Below, one piece after another: positions 8,051-15,975 of a stretch of 64,000 nucleotides of DNA. The position numbers were made by a program, and so were the translations under genes. How positions within the stretch are numbered: position 1 is the first letter of the stretch; each line of letters starts with the position of its first letter. Where the stretch lies: positions 1 through 64,000 of the IMG/VR virus record IMGVR_UViG_3300045988_175441. One strand, written 5' to 3'. Source of the stretch: a virus. The notes beneath the pieces were generated by a model. The model did not search any database. It was not told the origin of the DNA and was given only the letters and a program-made list of their open reading frames with translations.

Positions 8051-8212
8051 TCCTATCCCTTTTTCCTATGTATCAGATAAACAAAGTGTAGATATGCTCG
8101 TTTTTGCCATCTCTCGTCCTCTCTCTTGCGTCCTAGTTATCTCTCCGTCCATTTATGCCCCTAAAATCAAAACGTGCTTAGAACGTCCAAAAACGCCCTT
8201 AAAATTGATTGA
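8051..8212 (-). repeat. dispersed non-coding repeat family, copy A
   Basis: The reverse complement aligns block-wise with 62169-62340: CAATC.TTTTAAGGGC.TTTTT, AGGGGCATAAATGGAC vs AGGGGTAGAAATAGAC, GAGGACGAGAGA, GAAAAAGGG. It lies between a terminator and a class-1 promoter. Confidence 0.65.
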
Positions 8213-8250
8213 TGAAAAACAAAAAGTAGCTAGGAGTAAATCCTAACTAC
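8213..8250 (-). terminator. intrinsic terminator of the adhesin gene
   Basis: 10-bp stem GTAGCTAGGA / TCCTAACTAC (one mismatch), followed on the minus strand by CTTTTTGTTTTT. Confidence 0.7.
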
Positions 8251-8292
8251 TTTAAGTGATTTTAATGTTTTTTCGCTTCCTGCCTTTTAGCC

Positions 8293-10098
8293 TTAATCTT
8301 CTTTACGTTTAAGACCTGCTAGACCAAGCAAACTTACCGTTGCACTTGCTAAACCGATAGCTCCAAGTGAGCTTTCAGCAGTACCAGTATTTGGTAGTGA
8401 TGGTTTTTGTTCTTTTGGTTTTTCAGGTGTTTTAGGTGTTTCAGGAGGTGTTACAGGTTTTTCCTTAACGTAAGTCTTATGGTACTCCACTTCCACTTGT
8501 TTTTCTTTAGGAACAGGCACATAAGGCTTAATTGAAATCATAGGTTTTGGAGTGTATTTTGGTTCTTTGTATTCTTCGATAGAGATTGGTTTTTCTTTTA
8601 CTTCTTTTTGAGAAGCACGTCCGAATACACCACCAACGATAGAGTATGAATCATCACGAGTGTTTGAGTGAATGAAAGTAAAGTTGATCTTTTGACCTTT
8701 AGCAAATGACCAGCCAATACCATTAGAATCTAGTACACCTGATGTAGATTGTGATTGAGCAGAATCATTAGCTGTGAATGAGTTTCCACTTTGTGTAATA
8801 TTCTTACCAGTTGTCACTTTAGCGCCATCAAGTTTAGATACATCAATAACTTGTTGGCTATCAACGTCATTGATAGTAACTTCACTTACGTCACTAGCGT
8901 CTGTTTCAACACCAACTGTAACCATTTTTACCCAACCTTGACGGTCATTACGGTAAGCACCAGAAGCGCCCCCTCCACCTTGACCGTCAACGCCACCACC
9001 ACCGTTGGCTTCTCCTGCACCTGCAGAGATAAAGACACCGTAGCCGATACCACCATCTTCGCTTGCCCAAAGAGCAACGTAAGAACGGATAAATCCTGAC
9101 TCAGCAGATGGAGTGATGTCACTAAACGTCAAGGTAACGTCTCCGTGTGATGTGTTTTTAACTTTAATCTTAATTGTTCCACTCTTGTCATCAAGAAGGA
9201 AAACATTGTCAAAGTTAGCGTCAAGGTTAGTATTGCGTGCATAACCCTGAATTACGTTTGCTGTGTAGTCAGGGGCAACAGCTTTAGAACCACCTGAAAT
9301 AACTTCAAAAGTGGTGCTAGATGTAGCAGTCAAACCTGTTTGGATAGTTGAAATAACTTTACCTGCATTGGCTTTGTTCCATGCTTCAACAGCTTTCTTG
9401 TCTTGAGCAAGGTTTCCTGTGAATTTCAAGCCTTTAGCTTCCATGATAGCTTTGTTGCGAGCTTTGACTTTTTCAGCTTCTAGCTTTTCTTTCTTGAACT
9501 TAGCTTCGTTAGCTTCATTTTCTTTCTTAGCTTGCGCATTGTAGCCTTCAACAGTTTTCTTGTCTTTTGGATAGTCGCCAGTATGTTTCAAGCCAGCTTT
9601 TTCCATTGTTTTTTTGTTGTCAGCATTGATTTTTTTGTTAGCGCCAGTTGCTTCTTTGATTTCTTTAGTATTTTGCTCTTTTTCAGCAATCTTCTTGTCA
9701 ATTTCTTCAACTTGCGCTTTTTCATCTTTTTTAGCTTCTTCTTCGGTATCATAACCAACTTTTTCTTTTTCAGTTACTTTAATACCAACGCTTTTAGCTT
9801 TTTCAACAGTAGAATCTAAATCAGGAGTTTCAACAGGTTTTACTGTTTCTTCTGGTTTAGCTTCTGGTTTAACTTCTGTTTTAGGTGCTTCTGTAGTTGA
9901 AGCAGGTTTAGCAGTTTCAGTTGTTGGTTTAGCAACTTCTGTAGTTGCAGGTGTAGTAGGTTTTACTTCATTAGCAGATACATTGTTGCTACCAAAAGCA
10001 ACACCCAAGATAGCAAGCGCAAGGATAACTCCACACGCTCCAAATTTTGACGACTTACGGATTGAACCGTGAACCTTTGTTTCTTGTGATTTAAACAT
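8293..10098 (-). CDS. LPXTG cell-wall-anchored surface adhesin with YSIRK-type signal peptide (601 aa)
   Basis: N-terminal GSIRKSSKFGACGV matches the YSIRK-G/S motif. The C-terminus has LPNTG, a hydrophobic segment and KRKED. There is a Pro/Thr/Lys-rich stalk, an internal repeat (AGLKHTGDYPKDKKTVEGYN / KGLKFTGNLAQDKKAVEAWN) and a Gly-rich beta-type domain. Confidence 0.9.
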   Translation of the reverse strand: MFKSQETKVHGSIRKSSKFGACGVILALAILGVAFGSNNVSANEVKPTTPATTEVAKPTTETAKPASTTEAPKTEVKPEAKPEETVKPVETPDLDSTVEKAKSVGIKVTEKEKVGYDTEEEAKKDEKAQVEEIDKKIAEKEQNTKEIKEATGANKKINADNKKTMEKAGLKHTGDYPKDKKTVEGYNAQAKKENEANEAKFKKEKLEAEKVKARNKAIMEAKGLKFTGNLAQDKKAVEAWNKANAGKVISTIQTGLTATSSTTFEVISGGSKAVAPDYTANVIQGYARNTNLDANFDNVFLLDDKSGTIKIKVKNTSHGDVTLTFSDITPSAESGFIRSYVALWASEDGGIGYGVFISAGAGEANGGGGVDGQGGGGASGAYRNDRQGWVKMVTVGVETDASDVSEVTINDVDSQQVIDVSKLDGAKVTTGKNITQSGNSFTANDSAQSQSTSGVLDSNGIGWSFAKGQKINFTFIHSNTRDDSYSIVGGVFGRASQKEVKEKPISIEEYKEPKYTPKPMISIKPYVPVPKEKQVEVEYHKTYVKEKPVTPPETPKTPEKPKEQKPSLPNTGTAESSLGAIGLASATVSLLGLAGLKRKED

Positions 10099-10131
10099 TA
10101 TTTTCTTTTTCTCCTTTTTGTGTGTTAAAGA

Positions 10132-10410
10132 TTAAGCATTGACTTTTTCTTTTAAAGCCTTACCTGCTTTAAATGCAGGAACTTTGCTTGCCTTGATCGT
10201 GAGTTCTTTTCCTGTTTGTGGATTACGACCTTTACGCTCTGCACGATTGCGAACTTCAAAGATACCAAAGCCATCAATACGGACTTTTTCGCCTTCTGCC
10301 AAGTGTCCAGCGATTGTTTTGAATACAAATTCAACAGCTTCTTTAGAAGCCGTTTTAGTCAAACCCAACTCGCTTGCCATTGACTCGTAAATATCACGTT
10401 TTGCCTTCAT
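10132..10410 (-). CDS. hup: HU-family DNA-binding protein (92 aa)
   Basis: [44 protein letters not shown] is the canonical HU/IHF arm and C-terminus. Confidence 0.93.
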   Translation of the reverse strand: MKAKRDIYESMASELGLTKTASKEAVEFVFKTIAGHLAEGEKVRIDGFGIFEVRNRAERKGRNPQTGKELTIKASKVPAFKAGKALKEKVNA

Positions 10411-10449
10411 TTCTTCTTAACCCCCTTTTAATTATTTAATACATTTTAG

Positions 10450-10478
10450 ATTATATCATCATTCTTTAGAAAAAACAA
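10450..10478 (-). promoter_or_regulatory. extended -10 promoter for the HU-adhesin operon
   Basis: The minus strand reads TTGTTT-17-TGATATAAT, with the -10 rc at 10450-10455. Confidence 0.5.
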
Positions 10479-10490
10479 GAGATAAACTCA

Positions 10491-10530
10491 AAAAAAGTAT
10501 TATTTTATAAAATATAAAATAATACTTTTT
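10491..10530. terminator. bidirectional intrinsic terminator
   Basis: Perfect 12-bp stem GTATTATTTTAT (10497-10508) / ATAAAATAATAC (10514-10525), flanked by A6 on one side and T5 on the other. Confidence 0.75.
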
Positions 10531-10538
10531 CTTTTTTA

Positions 10539-11699
10539 TTAGCCTATGAACTCAACGTTTATTGATTTCACTAGTGGTTCTTCTAACCAAAAAGTGTTCA
10601 TTAGTTCTTTTTCTCCTGACAAAAATTTCCTATAAACCTCATATTCTGATAGCTTTGTATCAAGCAATTTCTTTGATAAATCAGCCATATCTCCATTGAA
10701 TTTTACGGTTGCTTTTGGTTTCTGCGCCAATAATTTTTCAACAGGTACATGACGTTCTTCTGCCAATACTTCAAGTTTCTTATAGTAAGGGTTATTTGGG
10801 CTAGGAGTTGCTACTAAACGTTGCAAGATTTCATCTGGATTGAAACTCTCTGCCAATCTCTTAGAGATTTTCTGGATAGCCACTCTCTCAGACGCAATCT
10901 GCTTATTTCTTTCTTCCCACTCGGTCACGCTGTCTAACAGTTCAACATTCTTACTTAGCTTTCTAAAAATGCTAGGCAAACATAAGAGCGTGTTAAAGTC
11001 ATCAGCAGTCATTTTAGGTATGCTATCTAGCGCTTGTGGTCTATTTATATTCAAGATCAACGTCATCAAAAGGACAATCTCACTCTCGTTCCCTTGCGTG
11101 TTGACCTTCACTTGATAGTGAGTGTTGTTTAGCTTCGCATTGTCAAGCCCTACTTCCTTGGTTTTATCCCTAAATTCTTCAACCAACTCAGGGTAACTAT
11201 CAATATTTTCTGTCAGGAGCTTATTGACCTGCATAGCGTCAAACAGTCTATAGAAATTATCAAGCAATTCTTCTGAACCACTCATTCTATGCTCCCACTT
11301 TTCAAGTGTTTCATTCAGGACTACTTCTAAATCCAATAAATGGCTTTTGCTCCATTCTTTCAACGCCATTTCCGTTGCTCGTCCTGTGTCAAAGAACTCC
11401 CTCAAACCGTCTCTCAGGTCATCATCTGTGATATAGCCTTCATTGATACCTAATTCTACCCACTTGTCATAAGACGCTTTCAGGCGTGGTTTTAAGTGCC
11501 AATCCACGTCAATATACGTCACGCCTTTAGGAAAGCCCTCTGTATGCAGATAATCTTCTACAAGCTCCTTAATGGTGCTTGGTTCAGCTTCAATCAAGGT
11601 TGCTGTAAAGTCCTGCAAGTCAAAGCGTTTTTCAAACATGAGGATTGCTTGTTTTAATGAATCATCTTTATTTTCTGATTTTCGTTTAATCGTAACCAT
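10539..11699 (-). CDS. hypothetical protein (386 aa)
   Basis: Intact ORF. The ATG is preceded by GAAGGAGAGTAGAT. No domain recognised. Confidence 0.7.
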   Translation of the reverse strand: MVTIKRKSENKDDSLKQAILMFEKRFDLQDFTATLIEAEPSTIKELVEDYLHTEGFPKGVTYIDVDWHLKPRLKASYDKWVELGINEGYITDDDLRDGLREFFDTGRATEMALKEWSKSHLLDLEVVLNETLEKWEHRMSGSEELLDNFYRLFDAMQVNKLLTENIDSYPELVEEFRDKTKEVGLDNAKLNNTHYQVKVNTQGNESEIVLLMTLILNINRPQALDSIPKMTADDFNTLLCLPSIFRKLSKNVELLDSVTEWEERNKQIASERVAIQKISKRLAESFNPDEILQRLVATPSPNNPYYKKLEVLAEERHVPVEKLLAQKPKATVKFNGDMADLSKKLLDTKLSEYEVYRKFLSGEKELMNTFWLEEPLVKSINVEFIG

Positions 11700-11734
11700 A
11701 TCTACTCTCCTTCGTGTTGTCTATTTTATTGTAT

Positions 11735-11770
11735 CAAAAAAAGCAAGCTATTTGTGAACTTGCTTTTTTG
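11735..11770 (-). terminator. intrinsic terminator or attenuator hairpin
   Basis: AGCAAG (11742-11747) / CTTGCT (11759-11764), flanked by A7 and T6. No promoter was seen between it and the next gene. Confidence 0.5.
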
Positions 11771-11772
11771 CT

Positions 11773-12246
11773 TTAGACAACAGCCATCAGCTCTTTTGAG
11801 CGTTTGAGCTGTTCTGTTAGTTCTGAGACTTGACTAGATAGGTCATTAGCTTCCTTAGAAAAGCCTTGGATCGCACGAATAACACTTGAATAAAGTTCTT
11901 TATCTTCTGGCTCAGCTTCCTTTTCGCCTTCTTCTAGGACGGTAAGGTTGTGACTAGCCCAATCCTCTAGCTTGTTAAGTGGTACAACTAGGTCACATAG
12001 TGCTTTTAGTTCTGTCTCAATATCCTCTTGGCTAGAGATAGTACCAAAGGCTACAAACTGGATAGCTTGTTCTTGGTCGCCAAAGACTTTCTTATCTTCC
12101 TCAGACAAGTCTCCCCCTGCGTCATCAATTCTATGTAGCCACGTTTCTAGTTTAGCACCAAATAGCTTCTTATTCTCTGCTAGGTTCTTGACTGCAAAGT
12201 TCAAGCCTGCCAAAGTATAGCCTTGAATTGAAATAACTTCTGCCAT
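11773..12246 (-). CDS. hypothetical acidic protein (157 aa)
   Basis: Intact ORF. The ATG is preceded by GGGAAGGAGAGTAGAT. Confidence 0.65.
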   Translation of the reverse strand: MAEVISIQGYTLAGLNFAVKNLAENKKLFGAKLETWLHRIDDAGGDLSEEDKKVFGDQEQAIQFVAFGTISSQEDIETELKALCDLVVPLNKLEDWASHNLTVLEEGEKEAEPEDKELYSSVIRAIQGFSKEANDLSSQVSELTEQLKRSKELMAVV

Positions 12247-12248
12247 AT

Positions 12249-12809
12249 CTACTCTCCTTCCCTGTAAGTTGCAAGTTGAATCTGCTCTGTCATAGTATCG
12301 TAGTTTCCTGAGTAAACTAGGATATTCTTGCCATCAGTAAACGTGATTGTAAACTGTAGCGTTCCTTCCAAGTTAGACTTGAAAACCTTAGTTTTAGAAG
12401 CGTCATACTTGTATTTTAGGAGCATTTTTTCCTTGATAATCATTAAGTCTTTACGATAGCTAGATAGGTCATGGTTTAGCCTATCTGGTACGATTGAGTT
12501 TTTATCAGGAGATTTTTCAAGAGCTTCAACCATCTTCTGGATCATCTTCTTAGTTGTCTCTGCTTGCTCTCCTGTCACTTGTTCATTGGGTTTTTCAAGT
12601 GTCTTTTCTAGCTCCTTTTGAGGATTGCTAGTGATGATTTCTACCTTTTCGGTTGTTTCTTCCTGAGTGGTAGTAGTTTGAACGCTTGCTTCCTCTAACT
12701 TAAACTGTTGCCCTTCGGACTTCTTGTTAAAGAATAGAAAGAAAGAAGCTGTACCAACCAGAACAAGCCCAATCAACCCAATCAATAGTCTTTTGGTAAA
12801 TCTATTCAT
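12249..12809 (-). CDS. N-terminally membrane-anchored protein (186 aa), paralog of 32496-33101
   Basis: One N-terminal TM segment followed by a Thr/Glu-rich linker. FKLEEASVQTTTTQEETTEK...EKTLEKPNEQVTGEQ parallels FQLKESTGVVTTTEPSSTTE...VEKLEKPTEEISGEK. Confidence 0.65.
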   Translation of the reverse strand: MNRFTKRLLIGLIGLVLVGTASFFLFFNKKSEGQQFKLEEASVQTTTTQEETTEKVEIITSNPQKELEKTLEKPNEQVTGEQAETTKKMIQKMVEALEKSPDKNSIVPDRLNHDLSSYRKDLMIIKEKMLLKYKYDASKTKVFKSNLEGTLQFTITFTDGKNILVYSGNYDTMTEQIQLATYREGE

Positions 12810-12811
12810 AG

Positions 12812-13714
12812 TTATTCTCCTGTCTTATGATGGTTAAAATCCTCTTTGTTCTCAGCCGTATTATACTTGCCTTTGTCGTCTCTTACTGTGTTCCCTTTTA
12901 GCAGGTCATTGATTTTCTTAAAGTAAGTATTCATATCTGAGTAACCTTGAATCGCGCCTGTATAGGTACAAGCAAGGATTTTACCTTCTTTATTTGTCTT
13001 AACAATGTAGTTAAGTAGGGCAAAGTCTCGCTTATCGTTCGTGACTGGAACTAGCACCTGAAAATATCGGTTTGCACTAGTTGAACCACTCATAACTGAT
13101 ACCATGACTGGACTAGCTAAAGAGGTAGTTGACTGCGTTTCTTTCCCCCAAGAATGAGAAGCTAAAAGATTATAAATGTTTTGTTGAACACTTAGGTCAG
13201 CTTCCCCTTCGGTTTTCTTATCCTTATCCTTATTTTTCGCCTTATCTTCACTTCCTACGCTATCTACAGAAGCACTAGAAGCAAGGTAAGGTTTCAAACT
13301 CTTATAAGCTGTATCAACTTTCGTATCAAAGCGAATCCCAACTAGCGTTTTAAAGAAATTATTTAAGTCTGTATCAGCGTTTAGCTTAGTAAAGTTCAAA
13401 GCAAAGTCAGTTTCTTCTCCGTTTTTGTCCTTTTCCTGCTCTGCTTGAATATCAGCAAGCTGTCCTTGAACTACCTTCAACTCGTTATTTTCAAGCTCTC
13501 CAATCTGCGTTGGCAAATCCTGTGTTGAAAACAACTTGCCTACTTCGTCAGTCGTGTAAGACTGCGTGACTGTGACTTTCTTAGAGAAGAATACCCCACC
13601 TAAAATAAAGGCTACAATAACAGGGATAATCGTAACAAACGTGATTTTTTTCCAATCTGACGCTTTTACTAAATCCTCTAGGTCGTCTAGCCATATTCCA
13701 ATTTTTTCAAACAT
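12812..13714 (-). CDS. N-terminally membrane-anchored extracellular protein (300 aa), transfer-apparatus candidate
   Basis: Single TM (ITFVTIIPVIVAFILGGVFF) and a large exported domain. Lies in an operon with other membrane proteins. Confidence 0.6.
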   Translation of the reverse strand: MFEKIGIWLDDLEDLVKASDWKKITFVTIIPVIVAFILGGVFFSKKVTVTQSYTTDEVGKLFSTQDLPTQIGELENNELKVVQGQLADIQAEQEKDKNGEETDFALNFTKLNADTDLNNFFKTLVGIRFDTKVDTAYKSLKPYLASSASVDSVGSEDKAKNKDKDKKTEGEADLSVQQNIYNLLASHSWGKETQSTTSLASPVMVSVMSGSTSANRYFQVLVPVTNDKRDFALLNYIVKTNKEGKILACTYTGAIQGYSDMNTYFKKINDLLKGNTVRDDKGKYNTAENKEDFNHHKTGE

Positions 13715-13721
13715 ATCTTAC

Positions 13722-14087
13722 TTACCCTTCATCTGGACTATCCCAAAAAGCAGAACCGTCAATATCAATATCGCCTTCTGTATGAAAAATATCGCTTCTA
13801 GGGAGCTTTTCTAACCAACCCATAAATTCTTCACTCCCTACTACGCCACCTTTCATGATATTTTCTTCTGGCATATTGACGAGATCCACTTCTAGGTTCT
13901 TATATAAATCTGGGCGCAATACAATTCTTTCTTCGATTTTGCGCCATTCTAACAACGATATGAACACATAATGGTCTTTCTTATCACTCTTACGCTGTAG
14001 ATTTTCGACTAGGCGTTCTACTCGTTGCTTTTCATACTTGTTTAATCGCCTTGTATTCAAGCGAACAAAAATATAATTCTGAGCCAT
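13722..14087 (-). CDS. hypothetical protein (121 aa)
   Basis: Intact ORF. The start abuts the upstream stop (TAAATG). Confidence 0.55.
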   Translation of the reverse strand: MAQNYIFVRLNTRRLNKYEKQRVERLVENLQRKSDKKDHYVFISLLEWRKIEERIVLRPDLYKNLEVDLVNMPEENIMKGGVVGSEEFMGWLEKLPRSDIFHTEGDIDIDGSAFWDSPDEG

Positions 14088-14519
14088 TTATTCTACATTT
14101 GCACTTTCTTTACGTTCAATATAGGTCAAAACAGAAGCATAGTCAAAGACTGCAATCTTTTCTTCGTTTTCTCCTGTCTTAACCACTCCCCAAAGATTAC
14201 CGTCTCCATCTAAGCGATAAACTCGCATAGTTACTCCGTCCGATAGGTTGAATACCCCACCTAATGTATCATCTTTGTTGATATACAAGCCATTCTTCAC
14301 TAGAGCATTTCTGAGCGCTTGATAATCTTCCTTGGAAAGTTCTCCTTTTTCTTCTTTCTGAGCATATAAACTCTCTGGAACTTCTACGTTGTTATCTACG
14401 GTTGCTACCTGCTTTGAGCAGGCTACACCAACTACACAAAAAGCAAGCAGAAAGCTAAGACTAATAGCCTTTCGTAGCAATCCAAGTTTTAAAGTGTTGT
14501 TCTGCTTTGTTGTCATCAT
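14088..14519 (-). CDS. secreted or lipoprotein-like protein (143 aa)
   Basis: Signal-like N-terminus (LSFLLAFCVVGVAC|SKQ) with a weak lipobox. It overlaps the upstream gene by 59 nt, so the start is uncertain. Confidence 0.5.
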   Translation of the reverse strand: MMTTKQNNTLKLGLLRKAISLSFLLAFCVVGVACSKQVATVDNNVEVPESLYAQKEEKGELSKEDYQALRNALVKNGLYINKDDTLGGVFNLSDGVTMRVYRLDGDGNLWGVVKTGENEEKIAVFDYASVLTYIERKESANVE

Positions 14520-15306
14520 AGTAAGTCTCCTTCAAATACAAGTGAGCTTGTTCTGATTTTTGTAACCCTGTGAGCATAGCTTCAATATCGTTTTCCATAC
14601 GCTGTAAGCATTGGTTTAGGTATTGAGCAAGCGTAAGCGTATCTTCTGGATCACTTACCTTGCGTCCTGACCATCTGTCATAAGTAAAGTCAGGTTTTAA
14701 AGCAAACTTCCAAGTATCGGTTGCTGTGATGTTGTTTTCTCGCAACAGCTCCTCATAACGCTTGTAGCTCTTGTAGAACTCTTTTAGTTCTTCTGAACTC
14801 TCAAAGTCCTCTTGTGAGTAAATAGGGAAATTAAAGTATTCTACCGTATAGATGATATGCTCTAACCCTTTAATATCGTTCTCTACTAAGTGGTTTTCAT
14901 CAGGAACTACCAAGTTGCCCCAATCTGTAATATCGTAGATAACTGGACGGACGTAATCTCCCCAATCCACGTTTTCTTCTTCATCAACGACTGGTACAGT
15001 TTCAAGCATATAGTCTTTCTTAAAGCTATCCATACGCTTCTTCCATTCCAACACTTGCTCGTCATACCAATCAGCAAGCAATTCTACATAGAAAGTTCCA
15101 CTTTCTTCCTCGTCTTTTTGAATCGCATAGTCCTGCGCACTTTCAATAGCTTCAAAGATTGTAAGCTCTGCATAGTCCTTTTCTAAAAACTGACGGTATT
15201 CTGCCAAAAAGCTATTGTAGGAAGCCATCACTCTTTCTAGTAGTTCTTTATTGTTCTCTACTACGAATAGGAACTCCTCTTTAATTTGTTCTTCTGTTTT
15301 TGCCAT
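14461..15306 (-). CDS. hypothetical acidic protein (281 aa)
   Basis: Intact ORF. The ATG is preceded by GAAAGAGAGAAGATAC. Confidence 0.65.
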   Translation of the reverse strand: MAKTEEQIKEEFLFVVENNKELLERVMASYNSFLAEYRQFLEKDYAELTIFEAIESAQDYAIQKDEEESGTFYVELLADWYDEQVLEWKKRMDSFKKDYMLETVPVVDEEENVDWGDYVRPVIYDITDWGNLVVPDENHLVENDIKGLEHIIYTVEYFNFPIYSQEDFESSEELKEFYKSYKRYEELLRENNITATDTWKFALKPDFTYDRWSGRKVSDPEDTLTLAQYLNQCLQRMENDIEAMLTGLQKSEQAHLYLKETYYDDNKAEQHFKTWIATKGY

Positions 15307-15321
15307 GTATCTTCTCTCTTT

Positions 15322-15975
15322 CTAGTATTTTGTATCACTTGCAATTTTATTGATGTTTTCATCTAGGATTTCAATGCCACTATCTGTATGATAGCCTAGA
15401 CGTAGGACTTCTCCTGTTTCTCGGTTGTAAACAGAAGGAACTTTGTCAATATCAGGATAATGTTTTACATATTCCTCGCCAAAAGAACTTGTCACGTCCA
15501 CATAGACTATTGCTGTTTGCGCTCTACCTGTTAGACTTTGTAGTTTTGGAACTGTTGCCTGACACGCTTCACACGTTGGGTTCATAAATACTATGTATGA
15601 GCTACCCTCGATTGCAGACTTATCCTTATCTGATACCGAAAAGACAAAGTTAGGATTGCTTTGATCTAATAACCTAAATCCATCTGCACCCATATAGCCT
15701 ATGTAGGTTCTTGAAAACAAGCTAAAGCCTAACCAAACAACCGTTGCTGTCACCCCTGCACCAAATACAACCCACTTCCAAACAGTTTTAAAGTTAAATA
15801 GAACAGGTATCAGCCCAACTGTAAAAGGTAGAATCATAAAGCCTAATACATGATAATAATGCTTGAATGAATACCCTAACTGGAAAGGAAGAAGGAGCAA
15901 TACTGCTATCAAGATGACTTTCAGTACAAAAAATAACCACTCCTGCGAATTAAACTCCGAAAATTTCAACTTCAT
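15322..15975 (-). CDS. membrane-bound thioredoxin-like thiol-disulfide oxidoreductase (217 aa)
   Basis: Four N-terminal hydrophobic segments are followed by a domain with a CxxC motif (NPTCEACQATVPKL). Confidence 0.55.
   Translation of the reverse strand: MKLKFSEFNSQEWLFFVLKVILIAVLLLLPFQLGYSFKHYYHVLGFMILPFTVGLIPVLFNFKTVWKWVVFGAGVTATVVWLGFSLFSRTYIGYMGADGFRLLDQSNPNFVFSVSDKDKSAIEGSSYIVFMNPTCEACQATVPKLQSLTGRAQTAIVYVDVTSSFGEEYVKHYPDIDKVPSVYNRETGEVLRLGYHTDSGIEILDENINKIASDTKY

Noticed and set aside
8193-8201. ACGCCCTTA within the dispersed repeat (also 2880-2888 and 25561-25569), which resembles from memory the GCGCCCT nick core of RSF1010/pSK41-type (MOBQ) oriT sites.
   Set aside because: There is no adjacent inverted repeat of the kind found at MOBQ oriTs, and no MOBQ relaxase in the window. 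Four copies would be odd for an oriT, and the comparison rests on memory only. It is worth a formal oriT search but is not claimed.
8043-8246. 67-aa ORF on the plus strand, and the similar 77-aa ORF at 62218-62451 on the minus strand.
   Set aside because: Both lie entirely inside copies of the dispersed non-coding repeat. They have no SD, and the reading frame is not conserved between the two copies.
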